The notes under the pieces: model-generated
The model's database searches: none
What the model saw: the letters and a program-made list of their open reading frames with translations, nothing else
What the model was told of the DNA's origin: nothing
In this document: piece by piece, positions 1 through 13,110 of the stretch
Layout of the letters: each line of letters begins with the position of its first letter
Position numbering within the stretch: position 1 is the stretch's first letter
Source: Callorhinchus milii
Taxonomy: Eukaryota
Assembly (NCBI RefSeq): GCF_018977255.1
Contig: NW_024704742.1
Location: forward strand, 92,568,001-92,632,000
Length of the DNA: 64,000 nucleotides
Direction: 5' to 3'
Made by a program: the position numbers and the translations under genes

Positions 1-134
1 TTCCAGGTTATGATTGTTTTTATTTGTACCCTTGCTTACTTGCGTGAAGAGAATTATATAAATCAGCTCAGTGCATTCCAGAAGGAACATTAGTTTAATG
101 ATTCATATTGAAACATGCTCTGAACTAACATGGT

Positions 135-297
135 CTGCTCCTCTTCGACCATTTGGCCACCCTCCTACTCTTATTCTCCCTGGCCTCCACACCTTCTCAT
201 ATCAACCCCTGCTCAGGTCCAAATCCCTTACTGTCCAGCGCCTTGGGATGTCCTCCCGACGTGAAAGGCGCTATACAAATATAATTTATTGTTGTTT
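135..297 (+). mobile_element. L2-clade LINE 3' end fragment
   Basis: Ends in the cagcgccttgggatgtcctcccgacgtgaaaggcgctatacaaat...ttgttg tail shared by the other L2 copies. Confidence 0.8.
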
Positions 298-1592
298 ATA
301 AGCGATGCTTTAGCCAAGAGCTGTATCCCATTCAACTCAGTTTGGTTGAGTCCTGAGCTTAGCACCAGACAATTCTTGGTCCATCGGTGTTTACGTAACC
401 CTTCACACTTTCAAAGGTGAATGCCTTTCTTTCAAAGAATGCCATAGAACGTCTTATACTAATCTTCTTGGGGTTGTGGGGGGATCTTGCTGAGGATGAA
501 CAGGTTGAAGGGGGGGTCAAGCCTATCAAAACACACAGGCTGGTATTCACTAATCAAACTGACGGTGACCCAGCGTGTCCAGCTCATAAGTGGGACTTGG
601 AGGTGCAGAAATGTCATCAACCCTGTGAACCCAGGCCCAAATAGGAGGGTGATAGATAAGTACCACACTGTGTGGTTACCATTTCTTTATAGCCAGCACA
701 TCTAATCAGCATCATCTGCAGTCCTCAGGCATGGCTCAGTAGAGTGGAAACAGATAGAATTCATTTTGTACCTGACCATAGCACAATCATAACGCTCTGA
801 ACAATTTGGTCACTTTAGATTGAGGTCTTGAAATACCGTGATATAGACATTATATTCAGCTGTGATCTATTGCACATTCTTTGCATTTTTCAATTTTTAT
901 TTTTGTTCATTTTCAACAGAATGCAATGTTGTTTATTTTATCTTTATATATCTATTTATATCTTAGTGATTTTTGACTACAAAAATAGCTGGATTCCAGG
1001 TTGTACGTGAGGCCACGGGAAGTAACCTTACAATCTGGATTTCAGCTTTTTTTTATAGTTTAACATCATATAAAATATGAAAACAAAAATTTATGTTTAA
1101 CACTGGAATTCATCTTCCTCAATTTGGAAAAAATGGGAAAACCTGACAAGTAATGATTTTATTCTGAAATTCCCCATTTATAAATTACTGAGGAATGATC
1201 ATGATTTAAAGGCTGAAGTCAACTTCTGGACAGTCATTTTACAAATCAAAAGCTGATTTCCTTGGGGTTATTATTGTCCCCGTGGCTTCATGTAGCAAAT
1301 TTGTTGATTGGAGGCTACCTTACCATTCTGTTCTGTTCGCTAAGTTTCTCAAATTTGTTCCCGTCTGATTTGAAATGCAATTGTAACTTATACATAACAT
1401 TTCATTATGAATGTAATCTAATTTCCAAATGTAAAATTGCATCAAATGTATTCCAAAAGTGTAGAGGGACAAATCTGGGTAAGTAACGTGAATGTTGCAG
1501 AACAGTAGTAAGGCAACATTGACAAATTCACCACCTACAGCACACAGCGAAGAAAAACTTGGATTGAGAAAAGTATTCTGAGTCCATGTTGA

Positions 1593-1829
<237 letters not shown>

Positions 1830-1918
1830 TAAGAGGAACGCGTTCTGGCAAAACATTCTCCATATCTTTATGCTCATTGAACTATATTCACTAAGCTTTT
1901 ATGCTAATATGACCTAAC

Positions 1919-2190
1919 TCACTTCACAGAATATATTGTAAAGTGGATTGACTGTATTTTGTGGGCGAAACGCAGCAGCTAAATTGCGCACAGCAGGGTC
2001 CCATAAACAATTGTGGATTGAGTGACCAAATTTTTTTGGAAAGGATTAGTAACCCCTGGAGAGTGATCGGCAATCGATCAGCAGCCTGGTTCCTACTAAT
2101 GCTAGGTAAACAGTGGCGTGTGGAGTAAGGAAACTTGCTAAGGTTTCGCCCTGCCAGGGAATTGAACCCGGGTCCTCTCGTCTGCGTTAA
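1919..2190 (-). mobile_element. tRNA-derived SINE, partial (variant subfamily)
   Basis: Reverse complement of the SINE body (gtggagtaaggaaacttg, ttgaacccgggt B box). Confidence 0.75.
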
Positions 2191-2235
2191 CCACCATGAT
2201 AGGGGATTCCATGACCTGTGTGCATTCTGTTACAG

Positions 2236-2372
2236 GGAATGGTTTGTGGTCAACCTTGTTCTGAAGGAAAATACGGAGTCAACTGCACCAAAGAATGCCA
2301 GTGCCACAATGGAGGACAATGTAACTCAGCCACTGGCTATTGCCAGTGTGCAGCTGGCTACACAGGGGAGAG
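2236..2372 (+). CDS. MEGF10: MEGF10 exon, EGF-like ([46 protein letters not shown])
   Basis: gttacag acceptor, gtaag donor, 137 nt, phase 0 to 2. Confidence 0.95.
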
Positions 2373-2419
2373 GTAAGAAAGCTATCAATATTGTAAATAG
2401 AGGTGGCAGTTGATTTCAT

Positions 2420-2735
2420 TAAATGCTGTATTGTTGGAGGTGCTATCGTTTGGATGAAACGTTAAACCGATGTCCCAAATGCCTGTTCAGTGGATGTTAA
2501 AGATCCCATGGTACTATTCGAACTGAGAAGGGAGTTTCTCCCAGTGTCCTTGCAAACAGTGCCCCCAAATAAAATTGATCATTTACTTGGTGGCTGTTTT
2601 GGGATTTTGTTGTGTGCTGCCAAGTTTGCCCACAAAAACATAATCACTAAATTTTACAGTAATTCGTATGAAGCGCTTTGTGACGTCCCCTTGACATGAA
2701 AGGCGCTCTACCAACTGCAAGGATTATTATTAAAT
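2420..2735 (+). mobile_element. Older Deu-domain SINE (SacSINE1/AmnSINE-like) with L2-type tail
   Basis: ggaggtgc...ggatgaaacgttaaaccga...aaagatcccatgg...ctattcgaa, resembling the Deu domain; the motif recurs many times in the window. Confidence 0.7.
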
Positions 2736-5360
2736 TATTGCCTTTAGTCATGTGATCAGAATGTTGCACTGTTTATTGTCATCACAAATGCTGTGACGTC
2801 TGAGGTTGAATTTTATCTGGCTCGACTGTATCTGGTACAGGATATTAATTCCCATTTCCTTTGATGCATCCAGTGTTGCCAAGTTTCTCACTCCTGAAAA
2901 AAATATTAAATTGCTCATTCCTATTCATTTACGTATACTTCATCTTTCTCCCCTTTTTCTATCCTCCAGTTCATGATAATTAATAGTAATGTTTAACCTT
3001 TGAATGAATAAAAATAAAGGGTCTGTGGCTTTTAAAACACAAAAAAGTAGCATCTTGTGATATACATGATGCCCCAGTTATTTATGGCTACAGCAATAAA
3101 GCTTTGATACTCCAAATCCAAAAATGCTTTTCATTTTTCAGATCTTTGATGTAGAAACTGCATTCCACAAACACTCTGAGAATAATGTGATACTTTTTTT
3201 TAAAAAAAATCTTCTGACTGTAAGGAATGGGCTTTATTTAGCTTAACTTGTATGAAATCCCAATTTAAAAAATCTCTTGACTAGAAGAAGTTGGAATGTA
3301 ACCAATAAATGTGATTGCTGCACAAGGTGCAAACACAATCCACACATTCTTTTTAAGCCAGTTCTCAGCCTTTAAATTAGTAAGACCACTCGTGATATTT
3401 AGTCAGAGCAACAAAAAACAACCTCAACTTATTTGCTTTTCTTCCTATGAGTATTAATTAGTGTTTTTTTGTGCAGAAAGCAGATGTTAGACAAACGTTT
3501 GAGTCTATTTAGTTCCAGATGGCAACCGCAAAGTAGAGATTGGAAGGGAAATGACTGGATTATTTAAAGAAATACTTTACAGTGTAATGTCCCATTTAAT
3601 GCTTCAGGAATATTTATGTTTTTGCAGCTGATAAAATATTATGGTACAACTATTCACACAGAATCATCAAAGCTCGTAAACAGGCCATTCAGCACATTGT
3701 GTCCGTGCTGATGTCTTTCTTCCTAGAAGTCAGTGAAATTTTCCTTCTCTCCAAGTGTCTATCTGATTTTATGGAATCTGCTTCAACGAGGATGAGATCA
3801 AATGTTCCAAAGAGCCTTCTTCATCCAATCTAATCTTGTGAACTGTGGTTTGTGGCAGAGATTTCCACATTCCAGCCATCCTCCGTGTATAGACTTTGTT
3901 TGCCACTATCCCCTTTAATTCTTCTTGTGATTATCTTAAATTTGTACTCTCATGTTGCTGATGCTCTGACAACGACAACAACTTGCATTTATATAGCGCA
4001 GGATAGCGTCCCAGAGCGCTTACCCTGATCACTGTAACTACTCAATTACAATGTTCACTGTCGTAGTTCTTTATAATTTTGAAGACCTCCGTCAGGTCAC
4101 CCCTTGGCTTCAGTGAAATAATGCCCTGACTTCTGAAATCTTCCTCTTAATTGAATTCACTTGTCTCTGGTAGCATCCCGGTTCCATTATTTACTGTATG
4201 TTAATCATGACTATCCTGTACTGGAATAGCTCTGTTTCTGAGCTGTGTGTGAATGAACTTGTCGGCTTTTCATTTTGTCTGCATGAAAATCCTTCCGAAA
4301 AGCAGAGTGACTCTTAGTGAAAGCAAAACAAACACATTTGTCAGGTGACTTTTACATAATTACATGCATTGACAGTGTGTATGTGTTTGTTTTTTTGTTG
4401 CAAAACGTTCCCTATAAATGAAGTATCATCATATACTATACTCTCATTAACTAGCATCAAATGTTCCATGGTAAATGCTTAACGCATCTGCTTTCACCTT
4501 TTGATTCTCCACATGCAAGGAAGCTCAATTGAACCTTCAGTCATGAAGCCATTCTCTTTATTACTCACCTTGACCAGTGGGTAACTTACAATTTGAATGT
4601 CCAAGGAAGGTAATAAGGAAAATTACTTACCAATATAATGTATCCAATGAACAGGATAATAACATCCTGTTAATTTCAAATTAATGTTTAATGTTTGAAG
4701 TGAAAAAAATCTCTTCTATCTTCTCACCCATCATTCAGTTTCTTCCCTTATTCTTGAAGACGCTGAGAGGCACAGTTCAATGGTGTTGTCTGCTGTCTGG
4801 TACCTTGTCCAAGTAGGGTCTTTTCATGTGTGAGAAGGCACATCTCCAGGGTGTACAGCTGCAGAGAGCATCACAGGCGTGATTGGGCATCCTGTCTTTA
4901 TTCAATGTCTCTCACTCATACACGCATACACACGCACGCACCACATACGCAAACACACATACTTTTCAGCAAGAATTTCTACATTACAACTTGGAATTCG
5001 AAAACTAACAAATTTCCTCTTCCTCTTCTCCCCACCACACCACCCGAAAAACAAAACCCTTAAGTCAAGGGTTTCTTTGACCAAATGTAGGATTGAAATT
5101 CCATTTTATGCATATAGCTACCTTAAAGGGGTCTGGACAGTGCTGCCGTGTTTATATTTGTGTCATAACTTTAACTCAAGGAAACTGTGGTCTGTCCATG
5201 TTGCTTCCAGAACTAGCAGCAGCACCATAGCCAATTGAAAGCTGTTTTGCAATTGATACTCTGGAGACCAACTAACAAGCATTAAAAAATGTCCGACTAT
5301 CAACAGCTGCTTAAGTCTGCTATCCAATATATTATAGTAATAATATAGTAATAATTCTTG

Positions 5361-5470
5361 AAACAAAAACAGAGATTGCTGGGAGCACTCAGCAGGTTAG
5401 GCAGCATCTATGGAGAAAGGAAAGTGAGTCAATATTTCCGATCCATGACCCTTCCTCAGAACTGGTTTGA
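5361..5470 (-). mobile_element. Penelope-like element terminal remnant with degenerate minimal hammerhead motif
   Basis: Minus strand 5427-5463 reads AGTT-CTGAGGA-AGGGTC-ATG-GATCG-GAAA-TA-TT-GACT. The element is flanked by the near-direct repeats ATAATTCTTG / ATAATACTTG. Confidence 0.6.
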
Positions 5471-5774
5471 ATAATACTTGGTTTGATATAGCACCTTAGC
5501 ACGTCATGAGACATCTGTTTCAATGGATGAGACATCCAATCAACTGGCATGCCTTCTCCTGACTATTTTCCAGAGACTCCGACTGCTATTTGCGCACATA
5601 TGAATGTTGGGTGAAGACAGCATTGAGCTTAGTTGTGAATGACTTGCCAGCATTCACTGTCGAGGCTCACACATGAATAATGGCAAGATAGTGGTGGATG
5701 TGGAATCTTGTTATAATGTACTTCATTATAATATAACATTTCACCAGAGTTTTACCAGGCCTAAAAGTGTTAAG

Positions 5775-6228
5775 TTACGAGGAAAGGCTGTGTAAACTTG
5801 GATTGTATTCCCTTGAGTTTAGAAGGTTGAGGGGTGATTTGACTGAGGTATTTAAAATAATAAAGGCATTTGATAGGGTAGATACAGAGAAGCGATTTCC
5901 TCTGGTGGGGAAATCCAAAACAAGGGGGCACAGTCTTAAAATTTGAACCAGGCCAATTAAGAGTGAAATCAGGAAGCATTTTTTCACTCAAAGGGTGGTA
6001 GAAATCTGGAATTCTCTCCCCAAAAAGACCGTAGATGCTGGATCAATTCGCACCTTCAAGAGTGAGGTTGATAGATTTTTGGTAGGCCCGGGTATTAAGG
6101 GATATGGGGAGAAAGCGGGAAATTGTAATTGAAAGGTTTAGTTGAGGTACAGATCAGCCATGTTCTAATTAAATGGCGGAACAGGCTCAAAGGGCTGAAT
6201 GGTCTCCTCCTGTTCCTATGTTCCTATT
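5775..6228 (+). mobile_element. CR1 LINE 3' fragment
   Basis: Encodes LGLYSLEFRRLRGDLTEVFKIIK; 3' UTR ggggctgaatgg...cctatgttcctat. Confidence 0.85.
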
Positions 6229-7799
6229 ATGATGTTTATTTATTAGGGTGCAAATCCCTACATTTACTTACCAAAAAATAAAAAAATATGAACAAACATG
6301 CCAGCCTGCTTTTTGTATGATAAAAATAGACAATTTCTGGGTATCTGGAAACCACCACCAATATCATTTTTGTGCAGAAGTAAAATTGGGCATTCACTTA
6401 TGGCTGTTGATGGATCATTGCTGTGTGCAAAATTGAATTGGCTGCTCGTTCACCAAAAAATACACTAAACTTATCTTTACATCCTTATCTGAGACGTCCT
6501 CCTGACATGAAAGGCACTATATCAAATGTAAGGATTATTATCTTTTTTACATTGAGAGTAACCTGATGACAAGTAGTGGGCTATTTTGGCTTTTCTCGTA
6601 TTAGCCGGTGTTTTAAAGTGAGACGGTTTCTGTGTGTAAATAAAGTCAATGCAGAAGCACTGACCCAACTAATTCACCCGGTTACATCGCTGGTTTGGAT
6701 TTTGTGGTTCCTCAATTATCATGTTGTGATGGCCCTTTTACTGTAGAAAGAAAAAAAAGGCAAAAGTATGCTTGTATTCGATACGGCACTTACAATGTTG
6801 AAACGTCTCAATGTGCTTCCCAGATAACTGCTGTCAAGTTCAGAGGCTGTGATTTCAGGGCAAAGACCCTATGTGGTTTGTAGACAGTTCATCCTTCAAA
6901 CAGCCAATAAGTAAATGATTAATTGATTCAGATTTTTAGCCAGGGGACTGAGAGAATCTCCCATGAGTTTTTGAAACCTTTTCTGGGATCTTTAATTCTT
7001 TAATATTGTAGGACCTTGGTTTAACATCCTGTTAAAAAAAAATTCCTTTCCACAGGACTATACTGGAACGTCAGCTAAACTATTGAAATCAATCTCCTGA
7101 TGTGGGGCTTGAACCCACAAACTTCTGACCCAGAGGTGTGAGTGCTATCAATTGAACAAAGCTACCTTCAAGAAAGGGGGATGGTTGGGAAAACATTCAA
7201 GGATATAAAATTTGGTGACAATGTAATGTGCCCCCAAATAAAAATGTTTCTAGTTGTCATAAAAGATTTACTGGGCTCATAATCTCAGTAACAGTAATTT
7301 CAGGACAAGGTGAGGAGCAATAGAAATATGTACCTGATCCACACAGTTCCAATGAAGATAAATAACAAAATACACAAGCAACCTCACAAAGAAATATAAT
7401 TCGAGGAATTATACATTTTAAATGCCTTGCTTTATCTAAAAAGAGAAAAACTTGGAGATTATATGATAAAACTAACCTTTTGGGATCAACTTATCAGAAG
7501 TTACAAGTATCTAAAAAAGATGAATAATTTCTAATACTATATGTCATTCTTATATATTCTAAGAAAACAATTTGTGGGGTTGGATTCCAGTGGTTTTGGT
7601 ACATTGTGACATGGAAAAGTGGTAGCTGGATTCATGCCCACATTTGAATTCCCAATATCAACTGTTGTGGTATGGGAAGGTACTGATGAGAGTCCTAAGT
7701 AATTCCCATCAGGAGGAAAATAGAGGAAGCAGAAATGTTTTGATGACTTAACAGGATTCTGAGGGGACATTCCCTTGCTGCCGAAACACCCATATAGGC

Positions 7800-8397
7800 A
7801 TTCATAACATCCAGGCTTGACTATGAAAACTCCCTGCTTGTTGGCCTCCTCAACTCCTCCCTCCATAGGCTGCAGATCTTCCAGAACTCTGGAGCCCATG
7901 TTCTCTCCCACACCAGGCTCCATGACCCTATCAACCCCATCTTAGCCCGACTCCACTGGCTTCCCATCACACAGAGGATACAGTTCAAGTTCCTGGTCCT
8001 CATCTTCAAAATCCTCCATGGCCTTGCTCCCCCTTACCTCTATGACCTCTTAACCCTCTACCATCCTGCCCGTTCCCTCCGCTCAATGGGCTTCGGCCTG
8101 CTTCACGTCCCCACCTTACCTGCCCCAATATTGGTGGATAGACCTTCTGCCACTCTGCCCCCACCCTCTGGAACTCCATCCCGGAGTCCCTCCGCCTCGC
8201 CCCCTCCCTTGCCTCCTTCAAGACTCATCTCGTGGCCCTCCTCTTCGACCGTGCTTTCAATCACCCTTCTCCCACCTGCCCTCCTCCTTGCCCAACCCAA
8301 CCCCCAGCTCGGGTCCGAAACACTGATTGTCCAGCACCTTGGGACGTCCTCCCGACGTGAAATGTGCTATACAAATGTAATTTTGTTGTTGTTACTA
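7800..8397 (+). mobile_element. L2 LINE 3' fragment
   Basis: LQIFQNSGAHVL...LHWLPITQRIQFK; L2 stem-loop plus (ttg)n tail. Confidence 0.85.
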
Positions 8398-8759
8398 TTA
8401 TAAAACAGGGAGAGATGGTATTGAACAGGTAATAGGTCAAGTGGACTGTAGCTGGGCTTTTCTGGTCCTGGGCATTCCTATGTTCCTAGCAGTTATCTTT
8501 TGTCAGTGATAGCTACTGAATGTTTCTGACTGGTTGTTTACTTGATGTAATAATTATTGCACATGACAATTTCACTATCCCTTGCAACATATTTATAGCA
8601 CACAGATTAAGCCAATTCAGCACACTGTGTCTGACTTGATGCTAGCTTTCCACCACTGGACAAATACCCAGCATTGGCAAACATTTAGCTCCAAGACTTC
8701 TCAAGCTGTTGCTTTGCCGAACATTTATATGAACTTTCTGGTTTGGGGAGCCAGATGTT

Positions 8760-11700
8760 ATTTGCATTGAGATGCTATTACTGAGACGTGGTTACAGGGA
8801 GACCAAGGGTGGGAGCTAGCCAGGGGTATTCGACGTACAGGAAAGATAGGCAATGTAGAAAACGAGGTGGGGGGGGGGTAGTCCTGCTAATAAAGCTAAT
8901 AAAGCATGAGATAAAAACAGTAGAGAGGAAGGATTTAAAATCAGAAAATCAGGATGTATGGGTGGAGGTCAGAAACAACAAGGGGCAGAAAACACTAGTG
9001 GGAGTAGTTTATAGACCCCAAACAAGAGTTACAGTATTGGGCAGAGTATTAATCAGGATATTAGAGGAGCATGTAACAAGGGGAATGCACTAATAGTGTG
9101 TGATTTCAATCTTCATATAGACTGGGAAAACCAAATTGGCAAAGGTAAATTAGAGGATGAGTTTATAGAATGTATTAGAGTTAGTTTTCTAGAACAGTAT
9201 GCTGAGGAACTTACCAGGGAACAGGTTATCCTAAGATCTTGTTTTGTGAAATAGGGCTAATCAGCAATCTGGAAGTTAAGGCTCCTCTAGGGCAGAGTGA
9301 CCATAATATGATGGAATTTAACATTAAGTTAAAGAGAGATGAAGTTGAATCCGAAGCAAGGGTCTTAAATCTAAATAAAGAGAAGATTTGGCTAAAATAG
9401 CCTGGGAAATTAGATTAAAAAATATGACGGTAGACCAGCAATGGCAAACGTTTAAAGATATAATACATAATTCCCAGTGATCACATATTTCCTTGAAAAA
9501 TAAAAATTCCACAGGAAAAGTGGTTCAACCATGGCTAACTAAAGAAGTTAGGGAAAGTACAAAATCAAAAGAAGAAGCCTATAATACAATCAAAAAGAGC
9601 TGCAAACCTGAGGATCAGGAGGGCTTTAGAGATCAGAAAAAGAAAACCAAGAAACTGATAAGAGGGAGAAAATGGAATATGAGGGTAAACTAGCTAGAGA
9701 TATAAAGACAGATCGTAAGAGTTTTTACAAGTACATAAAGAGAAAGAGACTATCAGAAGTGACTGTGGGTCCATTGCAGGCAGAGACAGGAGAAATTATA
9801 ATGGGGGAATAAAAAAATGGCAAAGTCATTAAACAAATATTTTTCAAGCCTGAGGCCCTCCTGATTGACTCATGCCAGAGCCTCCCACCTCAGGCTCTGG
9901 CAGCATCAACCTCCATGGTTGCTCACTACAACTCACCAAACCAGTCAGGAACCCAGGGTGTCTTGTTCGACCCTCAATTGTCTTTTCTTCCCCACATCCA
10001 AGCCATGACCCGCTCTGCCTTCCCTCACCTCCGTAACATCACCCGACTCCGCCACTACCTCACCCCTCAGGTCGCTGAAACTCTTGTTCATGCCTTCATC
10101 TCCTCCAGGCGTCTATGCATACGCCCTGCTTGTTGGCCTTCCCAACTCCTCCCTCCACAGGCTGCAGATAATCCAGAACTCTGCAGCCCATGTCCTCTCC
10201 CGCACCAAACTCCGTGACCCCATCTCCCCCACTCTCGCCCGACTCTACTGGCTCCCTATCCTTCAGAGGATCCAGTTCAAGATCCTGGTCCTCGCATACA
10301 AAGCCCTCCACGGCCTCACCCCACTCTGTGACCTCCTAACCCCCTACCAACCTGCCCGTTCCTTCCGCTCAGCTGGCTCCGGCCTGCTCCACGTTCCCTG
10401 ACCCACCCCACCATTGGTGGGAGAGCCTTCAGCCACTGGAATTCCATCCCCCAGTCACTCCGCCCCGCCACCTCCTTAGCCTCCTTCAAGTCCCGCCTCA
10501 AGACCATCCTCTTCGACCATGCTATCAGTCACCCCCCCTTCCCCTCCCCTCCCTTCCCCCCCTGACCCCAGCTCGGGTCTGAAATGCAGTACACTGTCCA
10601 GCGCCTTGAGACATCCTCGCGACGTGAAAGGCGCTATACAAATGTAATCTTCTTGTTGTTGTTGCTTCACGTTAGAGGACACTGAAAACTTATCAAAAAT
10701 AGAGGGGAACTTGGAGGCTAATGTTAATGAGGAACTTAAAGAAATGAACATCAGTAAAGCAATAGTACTAGAGAAATTGATAGGATTAAAACCCAATAAA
10801 TCCCCTGGACCTGATGGCCTGCATTCTTGGGTTTTAAAAGAGGTGGCTGCAGAAATAGTGGTTGCTTTGTTTTTGATCTTCCAAAATTCCCTGAATTCTG
10901 GAATGGTTTCCATTAATTGTAAGGTTGCAGACATAACGCCGATATTTAAGATGGGTGGGAGACAAAAAATGGGGAACTATAGATCAGTTAGTCTGACATC
11001 AATGGTAGGGAAAATTCTAGAGTCCTTAATTAGGGACATCGTTGTGGGATACTTAGAAAATCATAACAAATTAGGCAGAGTCAACATGGTTTTACGAAAG
11101 GGAAATCATGTTTAACAAATCTTTTGAGAGTTTTTTGAGGATGTAACTTGCAGGTTAGTTTGGAGGGAACCAGTAGATGTGGTGTATTTAGATTTTCAGA
11201 AGGCATTCGACAAGGTGCCACATAAAAGGCTGTTGCATAAGATTAGAGCCCATGGAATTAAAGGCAATATATTAGCATGGATTTGAGAGTGGCTAACAGG
11301 AAGAAAACAGAGAGTAAGGATTAATGGGTCCTTCTCAGATTGGCAGGATGTGACTAGTGGAGTGTCACAAGGATCAGTTCTTGGGCCTCAATTATTTATA
11401 CTCTATATCAATGATTTGGATGAGGAAACTGAATTTATATCTAAATTCGAAGATAGGTGGGAAAGTAAGCTGTGAGGATGACACATGAAGAATGCAAAGG
11501 GAAATAGACAGGCTAGGTGAGTGGGCAAGAAGGTGGCAGATGGAGTATAACGTGGGGAAATGTGAAGTTATTCACCGAGGTAGTAAAAATAGAAAAGCAG
11601 ATTATTTTCTAGAGGGGGAGAGATTAGGTAGTGTTAGTATCCAGAGTACAAGAGTAGGGAAGTCTTGCTGCAGTTATGTAAGGCCTTGGTGAAACCGCAC

Positions 11701-12248
11701 CTAGAATATTGTGTGTAGTTTTGGTCTTATTTATGAAAGGACGTACTCGCCTTAGAGGGGGTGCAGTGTAGATTCACTAGGTTGATTCCTGGGATGAAGG
11801 GGTTATCCTAGGTTGAGTAAAGTAGGCCTATATTCTCCAGAATATAGAATAATTAGAGGTGATCTTATAGAAACCTATAAGATTCTTAAGGGTCTTGACA
11901 GGGTAGATAGCGTGAGACTGTTTTCCCTGGTTGGAGAATCTAAAACTAGGGGTCATAGTCTCAAGATTAAGGGTCAGACTTTTCGAACTGAGCTGAGGAA
12001 ACATTTCTTCCTGAAGAAGGGTAGTGAATTTGTGGAATTCTCTACCCCAGAAGGCTGTGGATGCTCAGTCCTTGAACATATTCAAGACTGAGGTTGATAG
12101 ATTTCTAAAAGATAGAGGGATTAAGGGACATGGGTATAGGGCGGGTAAATGGAATTAGGTTAGAAGATCAGCCATGATTTTATTAAATGGTGGTGCAGGC
12201 TCGAGGGGCTGAATGGCCTATTCCTGCTCCTATGTCTTATGGTCTTAT
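8760..12248 (+). mobile_element. Decayed CR1 LINE ORF2 (endonuclease + RT) to 3' end, interrupted by an L2
   Basis: ITETWL, VGVVYRP, KSPGPDG, NYRSVSLTS, YLDFQKAFDKVPH and QGSVLGP motifs, with many stops and frameshifts; CR1 3' UTR. Confidence 0.9.
9847..10664 (+). mobile_element. 5'-truncated L2 LINE nested in the CR1
   Basis: C-rich L2 ORF2 C-terminus and tail. The CR1 reading NKYF...FTLED resumes after it. Confidence 0.85.
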
Positions 12249-12249
12249 A

Positions 12250-12512
12250 GTGAAGTCCTGTAGCTCAGTAGTTAGAGCACTCTCCTCGCAAGTGAGAGAC
12301 TTGGGTTCGATTCCTGGCAGGGAGAAACCTTGCGCAAGTTTCCTTACTCCACACACCTGATAATAATCCCTCAAGAAAAAAAACAATAATAAATTGGGCA
12401 CTTCAATCCACTGCTGTGCACAATTGGCTGCCACGTTTCGCCAACAAATGTACAGTCAATTCACTTTACAGTATATTCTGTGAAATGCTTTGAGACGTCT
12501 AGAAGATGTGAA
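12250..12512 (+). mobile_element. tRNA-derived SINE
   Basis: A box tagctcagtagttag, B box ggttcgattcc, conserved body. Confidence 0.85.
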
Positions 12513-12591
12513 AAATTATGTGGTATCTGGCCAAAGAACTTCAACTAGTGTAATTATTAAACTACTTTTTCTCTCTCTCCCTCTCTTGTAG

Positions 12592-12804
12592 ATGTCAAGA
12601 TCAATGTTCCTTTGGTACCTATGGAGTGAATTGCACTCAGAAATGCAAGTGCTCCAATGGAGGAAAGTGTTACCACATTAGCGGTACCTGTCTATGTGAG
12701 CCAGGCTTCACTGGAGACTACTGTGAGATCAGGATGTGTCCCAAAGGAATATATGGAATAAAGTGTGACAAAAAGTGCCCCTGCCACTCACAGTATACTT
12801 TGAG
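12592..12804 (+). CDS. MEGF10: MEGF10 exon, EGF-like ([33 protein letters not shown]...[11 protein letters not shown])
   Basis: Long polypyrimidine tract plus tag acceptor, gtaagt donor, 213 nt, phase 2 to 2. Confidence 0.95.
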
Positions 12805-12884
12805 GTAAGTATCATTTAGGGAATAGAGTAAAATCATTTAAACAGTTGGAGTAAGTAAATCACGAGTAAGCAAATTATAAATCA

Positions 12885-13110
12885 TAATGATAATAATATC
12901 GATCCTTACATTTGGTGCAACAGCTTTCACTTCAGGAAAATGTCTCAAAGCACTTCACAGGATATAATGTAAAGTGGATTTGATTGAGTTTTTTTGTGGG
13001 CGAACCCAGCAGTCAATTTTGCCCAAAGCAATGGCCCATAAACACTCATGCAGTGAATGACCAATTTTTATTAAAGGATAATTGGCCAGAACACCGGGAG
13101 AAACCTTTTT
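12885..13110 (-). mobile_element. Older SINE 3' half, antisense
   Basis: Reverse-complement tail (taataat..ccttacatttg..tctcaaagcacttcacag) and body. Confidence 0.65.
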
